Positions 1 to 8,493 of a stretch of 64,000 nt of DNA are shown piece after piece. The position numbers were made by a program, and so were the translations under genes. The notes beneath the pieces were generated by a model. That model did no database searches. It saw only the letters and a program-made list of their open reading frames with translations, and had not been told where the DNA came from. The number at the start of each line of letters is the position of its first letter. The stretch's first letter is position 1. The DNA lies in the NCBI GenBank assembly GCA_035272265.1, contig DATEQV010000162.1, forward strand, positions 379 to 64,378, in the 5' to 3' direction. Origin of the DNA: Acidisphaera sp. Its GTDB lineage: Bacteria > Pseudomonadota > Alphaproteobacteria > Acetobacterales > Acetobacteraceae.

Positions 1-683
1 CAACTTGCCTACTTCTGTCACCGGAGCGAGGATGGGATAGCCCCCTTCAGAAAACTTGACCCATGCGTGCCATCAGGCCTGCGAAAGAAAATTGCTTGGG
101 CCGAATAACGCTCTCCGTATTCAGGATGATTTCTTATCCCCGCCTTCACGACCGTTCCGGTGCAGGTCCTTTGCGGCATTGTATCAAGGATAGGCGACTT
201 GACCGGATCGTTCGTGATGGTGAAGGGGCTCTTGGACAACACGGGCGCGTAACCGGCAGCCACCGGCTGATCGTGCCGGTGCGCCAGGACGTAGTGCAGC
301 GAAATGTCCATATCGGCCTCCGGCGCGCCCGCCGGGAACGGCCGCACGAACCCTCCGCGGAACGCCGAGACGCCCGCCGTGTCGAGCGAGGGCGATCCCG
401 AGCTTTCCACCACATCGACCGTCCAGATTCTGCCGTCAGGGTGGATCACCAGGTGGACTTTGACAGTGCCACCCTCATCGCTCTGCGACGCGTGTCTGGG
501 ATAGTAGGCGTGCACGTCCCACCATGCCTGCAATTGCCTCATCAAGTCGCGGCGGCCCGCGTTCGCCGGCTCCATTTGGTTCGTTATGCTGAAGTCCTGG
601 GACAACGCGGGGGCGTAGCCGGCGGCTACCGGCGTCAGAACAAAAGCCGCGGCAAGGGCGGCTGAAGCGACCGACAACCGCAT
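1..683 (-). pseudogene. Exported TonB C-terminal-domain protein, duplicate copy, frameshifted near 65 and running off the left edge
   Basis: About 96% identical to 747..1682 by manual comparison. CCATGCGTG here versus CCATGGCGTG in the intact copy is a 1-nt deletion, giving a premature stop at 18. May be a sequencing error. Confidence 0.75.
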
Positions 684-746
684 CGAGTGTTCTCCCGTCT
701 TGGAGATCAATATCAGCCTTCCGCTGAGACCGTCCAGGTGTTGCCG

Positions 747-1682
747 TCAGGGTGGATCACCAGGTGGCCTTTCACCGGGAGTTACAAACCAAGCATTCCA
801 GGTGATCGCAGGCACGATTTCTCTTGCGCAGGTAAAGTCGACTGTCCCCCCTTGGTTGATATTGTCTCTGGCGTTGTTAGTATCATAAAAGACATAAATG
901 TTGCCCTGGAGATTGTTATCGCAGTCAGGCCATACGGTGTACTGAGTAAACCTCCAATGCGCAAACGGAAGATGCTCTTCTCTACCGGTCCACTGCACCG
1001 ACTTGCCTACTTCCGTCACCGGAGCGAGGATGGGATAGCCCCCTTCATAAAACTTGACCCATGGCGTGCCATCAGGTTTGCGAAAGAAAATTGCTTGGGC
1101 CGTATAACGCGCTCCGTATTCAGGATGATTTCTTATCCCCGCCTTCACGACCGTTCCGGTGCAGGTCCTTTGCAGCATTGTATCAAGGATAGGCGACCTG
1201 ACCGGATCGTTCGTGATGGTGAAGGGGCTCTTGGACAACACTTGCGTGTAGCCGGCAGCCACCGGCTGATCGTGCCGGTGCGCCAGGACGTAGTGCAGCG
1301 AAATGTCCATATCGGTCTCCGGCGCGCCCTCCGGGAACGGCCGCACGAACCCTCCGCGGAACGCCGAGACGCCCGCCGTGTCGAGCGAGCGCGATCCCGA
1401 GCTTTCCACCACATCGACCATCCAGATTCTGCCGTCAGGGTGGATCACCAGGTGGACTTTGACGGTGCCACCCTCATCGTTCTGCGACGCGTGTCTGGGA
1501 TAGTAGGCGCGCACGTCCCACCATGCCTGCAGTTGCCTCATCAAGTCGCGGCGGCCCGCGTTCGCCGGCTCCAGTTGGTTCGTTATGCTGAAGTCCTGGG
1601 ACAACGCGGGGGCGTAGCCGGCGGCTACCGGCGTCAGAACAAAAGCCGCGGCAAGGGCGGCTGAAGCGACCGACGACCGCAT
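747..1682 (-). CDS. Exported protein: signal peptide, TonB C-terminal domain, unknown Cys-containing C-terminal domain
   Basis: Ala-rich signal peptide; YYPRHASQNDEGGTVKVHLVIHPDGRI..VVESSGSRSLDTAG matches the TonB_C pattern (YP..A...EG.V.V...I..DG....SSG...LD). Confidence 0.8.
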   Translation of the reverse strand: MRSSVASAALAAAFVLTPVAAGYAPALSQDFSITNQLEPANAGRRDLMRQLQAWWDVRAYYPRHASQNDEGGTVKVHLVIHPDGRIWMVDVVESSGSRSLDTAGVSAFRGGFVRPFPEGAPETDMDISLHYVLAHRHDQPVAAGYTQVLSKSPFTITNDPVRSPILDTMLQRTCTGTVVKAGIRNHPEYGARYTAQAIFFRKPDGTPWVKFYEGGYPILAPVTEVGKSVQWTGREEHLPFAHWRFTQYTVWPDCDNNLQGNIYVFYDTNNARDNINQGGTVDFTCAREIVPAITWNAWFVTPGERPPGDPP

Positions 1683-1881
1683 CGAGCAACCTCCTCTTTT
1701 TTAGATCAATGCCGGCCTTCCGCTGAAGCGAGGTGACAGGCAGGAGCATTAGCCCGTGCCGGACGCATGTCCAGGAGCTTCTGCACGATCGACATTCTGC
1801 CCGCACAAATACCTGCCGTGACTATCGGTATCTCGTGTCGGGCGCGGTGTCGTTTTCACCAGGCCCTGGGGTTGCATCGGA

Positions 1882-2840
1882 TCACCCGCCGCTGTCCGCC
1901 GGGCGGTAGTGCAGCGTCACCACGACATCAGCCGGCTGCGCGGGCGTGCCCGGCGGGAACGGCGGCAGATGGGCGTTGCGAAACACCGCTACCGCCGCCG
2001 CGTCGAGCACACTCGATCCCGGCCTTGCACCACGTCGATCGACGTGACCTGGCCGTCGGAAGCAATAAAGATGGGGACTCTTACGTTGCCACCCTCATTG
2101 GTCTGCGACGCCTCCTTAGGATAGAAGGAGTGCTGGTCCCACCATTGCTTCAGCTTCCCCATCCAGGCGGCACCATTGTTCGCCTCGCTCGCGCGGCTCG
2201 GGGCATCCTGCCCGTCTGTCGCGTGCGCAGGCGCCCCCGCCGGGTTGACCGGAGCGCGGGCGGCCGCAGGCCGCGCGGCCGGGGCGCGGGCCGCCGCAGG
2301 CTGCGCGGCCGCGCGCTGTGGCGGCGCCGGCGGCGGGTGCGCCTGCGCGACCGGCGGGGGTGGCGGCGGGTGGGCCTGCACGACCGGCGGGGGTGGCGGC
2401 AGGGGCACCAGCGCGGGTGCCGGCGTCAGTGGCGGTATCTCGGTTTGCTGAACCGGTGGGGGCGGCGGCACGTCGGGTGCGGGTGCCGGCGTCAGTGGCG
2501 GTAGCTCAGCTTGCTGAACCGGTGGGGGCGGCGGCACGTCCGGTGCTGGTGCCGGCGTTGGTGGCGGTAGCTCAGCTTGCTGAACCGGTGCGGCCGGAGC
2601 AATCGGCGCGGCGGTTGCCTCCGTCGGGGCGGGCGGCTCCGGCGCCGCCTCTGCCGGCCCTTTCTCGAAAATAACATCCCCCGAGAGCGGTTCCGATGCA
2701 CTTGTTGGTGGCTGCGTCGACGGAATCATCAGCAAGGACAGGAATACCGTCAGGTGCAGCGCCAGTGAAAGCAAGACCAGCCAGCCCAGCGTTTCGCGCC
2801 GGTGCACGCGCACCGCCAGCCGTTGGCTGCTGCTTAACAT
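1882..2840 (-). CDS. TonB-family energy transducer (TM anchor, Pro-rich spacer, TonB_C), frameshifted near 2021
   Basis: TM helix with SLALH motif; Pro-rich linker; FYPKEASQTNEGGNV. Adding one base at GGC-CG-GGA restores SGSSVLDAAAVAVFRNAHLPPFP..TLHY with a stop at 1882. Confidence 0.8.
2320..2592 (-). repeat. Intragenic Pro-rich tandem repeats (about three 60-bp units, PPPPPVQQAELPPLTPAPAPDV, plus shorter QAHPPPP units)
   Basis: TTGCTGAACCGGTG recurs with a 60-bp period at about 2445, 2511 and 2577. Confidence 0.75.
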
Positions 2841-2948
2841 CGATCGAACCGGACTAAGAGGCGTTTCACCCCACCATGCACCACTGTTCGAGATCGACGA
2901 TCTGAGCGGAGCGACGGAGCCGATCACTATCCGGCATGGTGGTGCTTT

Positions 2949-3401
2949 TCATGGCCAAGCGCACCTATCGTCCAACTCCGCCTTCCCCAGCCATCTGCTC
3001 ATGACGACCCGCGAAGCTACCTCGAAACCGAGGTGCTCGTAGAAGCTCACCACCTGGGCGTTCGTCTCTCGAACCAGGAGCTGCACTTTCACGATCCCCC
3101 GTTGGCGCAGCCAGTCCTCTGCCGCCTGCACCATGCGCCGGCCCACGCCCGTGCCGCGCGATGCGGGACGGGCAGCAACGTAATAAAGCCAGCCGCGATG
3201 CCCGTCATGGCCGACCATGACGCTGCCCGCCACGTCGCCGGCCTCGTCAACGGCGACCAGCACGTCCGAGCACGGACCGGCTTTGGCGAAACGAAAGTCG
3301 GCGACCGGGTCGTTGTACGATGCAACCAGATCGCAGGCGCGCCACAGCGCGACCACTTCCTGCTCGTCTTCGGCAACCGCACTTCTCACGGTCAGCGACA
3401 T
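2949..3401 (-). CDS. GNAT family acetyltransferase (YpeA-like)
   Basis: GSVMVGHDGHRGWLYYVA..RGTGVGRRMV..KVQLLVR..FYEHLGF; own ATG at 3401. Confidence 0.9.
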   Translation of the reverse strand: MSLTVRSAVAEDEQEVVALWRACDLVASYNDPVADFRFAKAGPCSDVLVAVDEAGDVAGSVMVGHDGHRGWLYYVAARPASRGTGVGRRMVQAAEDWLRQRGIVKVQLLVRETNAQVVSFYEHLGFEVASRVVMSRWLGKAELDDRCAWP

Positions 3402-3443
3402 CAGGTGCCTCGCATCGTGCGCAGCCTTAGGGCGCTTCCAACC

Positions 3444-4245
3444 TAAGAGCCCGTCTCGGAATGACTCCAGAACGACTGCTTCGACCCAAAGCGGACCTGA
3501 CGCGTCGGCGCAGTCCATCGGGCGAGTTGCGTGATTAAGCAGAACGTACGTCAACCTGATCGTGTCCTCGCCAATTGGATCGCTGGCAACAAGGCGGAGC
3601 GGCGGCCGGGGGCCGGCGAAGAATGGCGTGCCGCGACCAAGCACGAAGGGGCGGAAGTAGAGTCGATACTCATCAATAAGACCAAGGTCGGTTAGGCTTC
3701 TTGCTAGGCCTGGTCCGGCGACTGCAATCTCCCCAACGAGCTGAGCCTTCAGCCCGCGTATCACCGCCTCGAGGTCGTCGTCGACAAGTGTGGCGTTGGG
3801 GCCGACTGACTTCAGCGAGCGCGACACGACCCACTTCGGTTGGCGCCGCCACGCCGCCGCGAAGTCGCGTTGCTCAGCGCTCCACTCAGGACCGTCTTCG
3901 TCCCAATAACGCATGACCTCGTACGTGCGGCGACCGTACACACTGCCGGTCAGGTCGCGCACATGCTCTATGAAGTGACGAAAGAGCGCGGGGCCTGGCC
4001 GCATTTCCAGGTGGTCGACGTAGCCGTCCAGGGACTGGGACAATCCGAAGACGAGCTTCGCCATGCTGCAAAATCTCCACCCAAGGGTCTTCAGAATAGC
4101 TTGAGCAGCCGTTACGCGGAAGTGAAGTTGGGCACAAACTGCACGCCGCTTTGTCGGTGCAACGAATAGCCAGAGGTCCGCTAACCACCCGAAGCGGCTG
4201 TCGGCGAAGTTGTCCGTTACGACGTAGTTTCGAGACAGGCACTAA
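3444..4245. mobile_element. Putative non-autonomous IS5-like cassette carrying the DHFR-family gene
   Basis: GAGCCCGTCTCGGAA (3447-3461) and the reverse complement of 4228-4242 (GTGCCTGTCTCGAAA) match at 12/15; TAA directly flanks both ends; no transposase inside. Confidence 0.5.
3535..4064 (-). CDS. Dihydrofolate reductase / RibD C-terminal domain family protein
   Basis: SLDGYVD..YGRRTYE..PKWVVSRSL..GLIDEYRLYFRPFVLGRGTPFF. Likely true end is TYVPA-stop (GTT CCT GCT TAA), lost through a 1-nt deletion near 3541. Confidence 0.85.
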
Positions 4246-4269
4246 GTGCAATCGCACTCATCTTGGTTT

Positions 4270-4393
4270 CGTCATGCTCCGCGAAGGCGGAGCATCCACG
4301 CGTTTGCCGGCCGCGCGAAAGAAAGGCGTGGATGGTCAGCCGGAGCCTCCCCTCGGGTGCGCCTCCGGCGCAGCCCGGGGGCGGACCATGACG
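4270..4393. repeat. REP-like palindromic element (CGTCATG...CATCCACG...CGTGGATG...CATGACG)
   Basis: Nested inverted repeats resembling alphaproteobacterial intergenic palindromes. Confidence 0.7.
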
Positions 4394-4586
4394 TGTTGAT
4401 ACGGTTCGTGTGAAACTGGCCTAATGTTCGCAGCGCGAGCCCGCCCGCAAATCGGCTCAGCGACCGGCTCCGCCGTGGCCGACACTCTCGATGATCCAAC
4501 CCGCCCCGTCTCGGTTCATCGCCGACCCGTCACCCGCGTCAATCGCCGCTCGGCAGGCGGATGTCCCGATCTGCCAAAAAATCCTG

Positions 4587-4615
4587 TTGACATACATTCC
4601 TAGGCTTCTTATCCT
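4587..4615 (+). promoter_or_regulatory. Sigma70-type promoter for the ORF at 4655
   Basis: TTGACA-17 nt-TATCCT, A-tract upstream, then GGGAGGA RBS and ATG at 4655. Confidence 0.7.
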
Positions 4616-4654
4616 CGGTCGCAGTTTTTGGCCCCCAGCGATCGGGAGGACACG

Positions 4655-5839
4655 ATGTTTCGCTGGCTCCCGACCTCGCTCCAACGCCTCTACCGAAGCC
4701 TCGCCAACGCCGTCCCCTACGCGCGCTCCACGCGCGTGCGCCCGCCGCCGCCGCCCGAGCCGGAAGCCCCGCTGCACGAGCGCGAGCGCATCTTCCGCGT
4801 CGAGATCATCCAGGACGCGTTCTGCCAGCGCCGCCCGATCGCGAAAAGCCTGTTCCGCACGCCCACCGGCCATCGCGGCGGCGAATCCTGGTGCGAACGC
4901 CGCGGCAACCATCTCCACCACCACCGCTGCCCGACCTGCACGGACGTCCGTGACCTCCACCGCCGCGCACGCCGGGGCGACCCGGACGCCGACCGCCGGC
5001 TGCACCGCCTCGCCACCCGTGCCGCCATGCGCCTGCTCGCCGAGCGCCGCCAGTACGCCGACGCGCGCCGCCGCCAACGCGCCGCCATGCCCCCGCGCGA
5101 CCCGCCCGCGGACCCCAAACTGTTCTTCAGCCTCGGCTGGGCGCGATGGCGCGCCCGCCGCGCCGCCGATCCCGGCCGATGGTTCATCGTCGAGCGGCGC
5201 GCCGTCGAAGCGAAACTCGTGCGCGCGCACACGCTCCACCTGCGCGGCCAGCTCCACCGCCGCCGAACCCGCGCGAGCGACCTCGAAGCCGCCGAATCCG
5301 CAGGACGCAAAAGCGCGCAGCGCGCATTGCGCCGCCTTGGCGTCGCGGAAGCCGCTTCGGACCGCGCCACGGTTCCGGCACCCAACCCAACCTCGTCATT
5401 GCGAGGACCGCGAGCCGAAGGCGTGGCGGGACGAAGCAACCCAGAGCCGCGTGAAAGGCGTCTGTCACGCGGCCCTGGGTTGCTTCGCTCCGCTCGCAAT
5501 GACGGAGTTTCGGAGCCGACGACCGACGCTTCAGCGCGCGGTGGCGACGACGCGCATCCGGCCGCGACACCGGAAGCGGTCAACCCCGCGCCGCCACCCG
5601 CCGCCACACCTCCGGCCACCGGGGGCGAAGCGCCGGCACAAATGCGCGTCTCGCGGCGCCCCCCGCCACCGGACTCCCCGATCAAGATCGGCGCCGGGCG
5701 CTCGCCGATCCCGCCGCCGCGCTTTCCCCGCGGCTGCCTGCGCTGCAACGCGCAGCCCGCCCCGGCGACTCCCCGAACCGGCGCGCTCGTCTGCACCGGG
5801 CTGGACGCCGCGGCGCGGACCCCCGACAACCGCCTCGCC
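4655..5839 (+). CDS. Hypothetical Arg-rich, Cys/His-containing protein, open in frame into argS
   Basis: Promoter and RBS present; GC3-rich codons over the first ~230 codons; no stop before the argS ATG. Confidence 0.55.
5394..5504. repeat. 111-bp RPE-like palindromic element, copy 1 (inside the ORF)
   Basis: Terminal inverted repeat CGTCATTGCGAG/CTCGCAATGACG; inner GAAGCAACCCAG/CTGGGTTGCTTC; translates as SLRG..RSNP..GLLRSARND. Confidence 0.85.
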
Positions 5840-7660
5840 ATGAACACCGACCTGTTTGCCCCCGACCTGCTTGCCCCCGACCTGTTTGCCGCCATCCGCG
5901 ACCACGTCCTCGCCGCGCTGCGCGAAGTCGTGCCGGACGCCGGCGACGACGTGCTGGCCAAGGTCGAGGTGACGCCCACCAAAGACCAAGCCCACGGCGA
6001 CATGGCCACCAACGCCGCGCTGGTCGTGGCCAAAGCCGCGCGCCTTCCGCCGCCGAAGATCGCCGCTTCACTCGCCGGACGCCTGCGCGCCGTGCCCGAC
6101 ATCGCCGGCGCCGACCCCGCCGGCCCCGGCTTCGTCAACCTGCGCCTCCGCCCCAGCGCCTTCCGCGCGCTGCTGCCGCACATCCTGCGCGTCGGCGAGA
6201 CCTTCGGCGACAGCCGCGTCGGCGCGGGCGTCGCGGTCAACGTCGAATACGTCTCCGCCAACCCGACCGGCCCGATGCATGTCGGCCATTGCCGCGGCGC
6301 GGTGGTGGGCGACGCGATCGCCAACCTGCTCGCCAAGGCCGGCTACGCGGTCACCAAGGAATACTACGTCAACGACGCCGGCGCGCAGGTCGCGTCGCTC
6401 GCCTGGGCCGCCTACTGGCGCTACCTGCAGGCGATCGACTCGCCGACCACCGAGGACGCGTTCGACGCGCTCGCCCCCGGCGGCCTGCAATATCGCGGCG
6501 ACTACCTGATCGACGTCGGCGCACGCCTCGCCGAATGCCACGGCACGTCGCTCGCCGCGCCCGATCGCAGCGCCGCGCGCCCCTCGCTGTGGTTCGAGAT
6601 CGTGCTCGCGTCGACCGTTGCCGAAATGATGGCGATGATCCGCGACGACCTCGCCTTGCTCGGCATCCGCCAGGACGTGTTCACCTCGGAACGCGCGCTG
6701 CTCGACGCCGGCGCCGTCGACCGCACGCTCGCGTATCTGCGCGAACGCGGAATGATCTACGAAGGCGTGCTCGACCCGCCCAAGGGCAAAACACCCGACG
6801 ACTGGGAGCCGCGCGAGCAGACGCTGTTCCGCGCCACCGCGTTCGGCGACGACGTCGACCGTCCGCTGCGCAAGTCCGACGGCAGCAACACCTATTTCGC
6901 CAACGACATCGCCTATCACGCCGACAAGATCGCGCGCGGCGCGGACGTGCTGATCGACGTGCTCGGCGCCGATCACGGCGGCTACGTCAAGCGCATGGCC
7001 GCCGCCGTGCAGGCGCTGTCGGCCGACCGTTCCGTAACGTTCGAAGCCGCGATCTGCCAGATCGTGCATCTGCTGCGCGGCGGCGAGCCGATGCGCATGT
7101 CCAAGCGCGCCGGCACGTTCGTGACGCTGCGCGACCTGCTCGAGGAAGTCGGCCGCGACGCCGTGCGCTTCACCATGCTGACGCGCAAGGCGGACGCGCA
7201 GATGGAGTTCGACCTCGACGTCGTGGTGGCGCAGACCCGCGACAACCCGGTCTTCTACGTCCAGTACGCCCACGCCCGCTGCCGCTCGGTGCTGCGCGCG
7301 GCGGCCGAGATGTTCCCGCCCGAGCAGGTCACCGACGCCGCCCTCGCCCAGGTGCCCCTCGATACGCTGGAAGCGGACCCCGAACTCGCCGTCATGCGCC
7401 GGCTGGCCGGCTGGCCGCGGCTGGTGGACGGCGCTGCACAATCGAGGGAGCCGCACCGAATCGCGTTTTTCCTCTATGACTTGGCGGGCGACTTTCATAT
7501 GCTGTGGAATCGCGGGAAGGACAACGCGACCCTCCGCTTCCTGCAGGCCGACGCCCCGGTCGAAACGCTCGCGAGGCTCGCTCTGGTGGCGGCCACGGCG
7601 ACCGTGATTCGCTCGGGACTGGCGGTGATGGGGGTCGAACCGGTCGAGGAGATGCGCTGA
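5840..7660 (+). CDS. argS: Arginine--tRNA ligase
   Basis: VEYVSANPTGPMHVGH (HIGH motif), GADHGGY, MSKRAG, NPVFYVQYAHAR, GVEPVEEM. Confidence 0.97.
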   Translation: MNTDLFAPDLLAPDLFAAIRDHVLAALREVVPDAGDDVLAKVEVTPTKDQAHGDMATNAALVVAKAARLPPPKIAASLAGRLRAVPDIAGADPAGPGFVNLRLRPSAFRALLPHILRVGETFGDSRVGAGVAVNVEYVSANPTGPMHVGHCRGAVVGDAIANLLAKAGYAVTKEYYVNDAGAQVASLAWAAYWRYLQAIDSPTTEDAFDALAPGGLQYRGDYLIDVGARLAECHGTSLAAPDRSAARPSLWFEIVLASTVAEMMAMIRDDLALLGIRQDVFTSERALLDAGAVDRTLAYLRERGMIYEGVLDPPKGKTPDDWEPREQTLFRATAFGDDVDRPLRKSDGSNTYFANDIAYHADKIARGADVLIDVLGADHGGYVKRMAAAVQALSADRSVTFEAAICQIVHLLRGGEPMRMSKRAGTFVTLRDLLEEVGRDAVRFTMLTRKADAQMEFDLDVVVAQTRDNPVFYVQYAHARCRSVLRAAAEMFPPEQVTDAALAQVPLDTLEADPELAVMRRLAGWPRLVDGAAQSREPHRIAFFLYDLAGDFHMLWNRGKDNATLRFLQADAPVETLARLALVAATATVIRSGLAVMGVEPVEEMR

Positions 7661-7695
7661 GCGTCTCCCTCCCGGAATAAAGACGGGGAGAGACG

Positions 7696-8475
7696 ATGGC
7701 GACCGACCGACTCGACATGCCGACCTATCGCGCGCCGCGCAGCGCGGGGCTGGACGGCGGCACCAAGCGCCTGGCGCTGACCGCGCTCGGCCTGGGCGGC
7801 GCGCTGGTCGTGGTGCTCGGCCTGTGGACCGTCTCCGGCCACCGGCGCGGCGACATCCCGGTGATCCGCGCCGAACCCGGCCCGTACCGCGTGAAGCCGA
7901 CCGACCCGGGCGGGATGCAGGTCAACGGCGCCGACGAGGACGTCCTCGGCACGGGCCGCCCGGGTGTCGACGACAAGCTCGCCCCCCCGCCCGAGACCCC
8001 GGAACCCTCGGCGCTGCGCACCACCCAGTCCGCGCCGACCGCCAATGCGGCCCCGGCACCCGCCCCGGCACCCGCCGCGACCAGCCCGGCACCGGCGCCG
8101 GCCGCCGCGCCCCCGGGCGCATCCGCGCCCGCCGCATCCGTGGCGCCGGCGATTGCCCCCGCCGCGGCGACTCCCGCGCCGCGCACAACGCCCGCGGCCC
8201 CGATGCCCCCGCACGCCGCTGCCCAGCCGGGCGCGACCGAGGTGCAGCTTGCCGCCGTGGCCAGCGAGGACGACGCGCAGAAGGAATGGGCGCGCCTGTC
8301 GCACAAGGCCCCGGAACTGTTGGGCGACCGCCGGCCGCTGGTCACCCGTTTCGAGCGCGACGGCAAGACGTTCTTCCGCGTGCGCACCGGCGGCTTCGCC
8401 GACGTCGCCGAGGCGACGCGCTTCTGCGAGCAGGCCCGCGCCAAGGGCCTCGCCTGCTCCATCGCGGCGTTCTGA
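7696..8475 (+). CDS. SPOR domain cell-division protein
   Basis: N-terminal TM, P/A linker, VQLAAV..FFRVRTGGF..FC..C; canonical position after argS. Confidence 0.9.
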   Translation: MATDRLDMPTYRAPRSAGLDGGTKRLALTALGLGGALVVVLGLWTVSGHRRGDIPVIRAEPGPYRVKPTDPGGMQVNGADEDVLGTGRPGVDDKLAPPPETPEPSALRTTQSAPTANAAPAPAPAPAATSPAPAPAAAPPGASAPAASVAPAIAPAAATPAPRTTPAAPMPPHAAAQPGATEVQLAAVASEDDAQKEWARLSHKAPELLGDRRPLVTRFERDGKTFFRVRTGGFADVAEATRFCEQARAKGLACSIAAF

Positions 8476-8493
8476 CCTGAAGGCCGCCCCGCC

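Larger units (their letters stand above)
1..1726. repeat. Direct tandem duplication, unit about 999 bp (1..727 versus 999..1726)
   Basis: About 23 substitutions and 1 indel over ~685 coding bp by manual alignment; similarity extends upstream to CCTTCCGCTGA. Confidence 0.95.

Noticed and set aside
1..1726. Diversity-generating retroelement template/variable pair
   Set aside because: Differences between the copies are not confined to adenines on either strand, span the whole gene, and no reverse transcriptase is present.
2320..2592. CRISPR-like periodic repeats
   Set aside because: The units are in-frame Pro-rich coding repeats without unique spacers, and no cas genes are present.
2949..4064. 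Apparent DHFR-GNAT fusion protein (371 aa in the ORF track)
   Set aside because: Restoring one C gives the end TYVPA-stop at 3535; the 'linker' is made of repeat ends and the GNAT has its own ATG.
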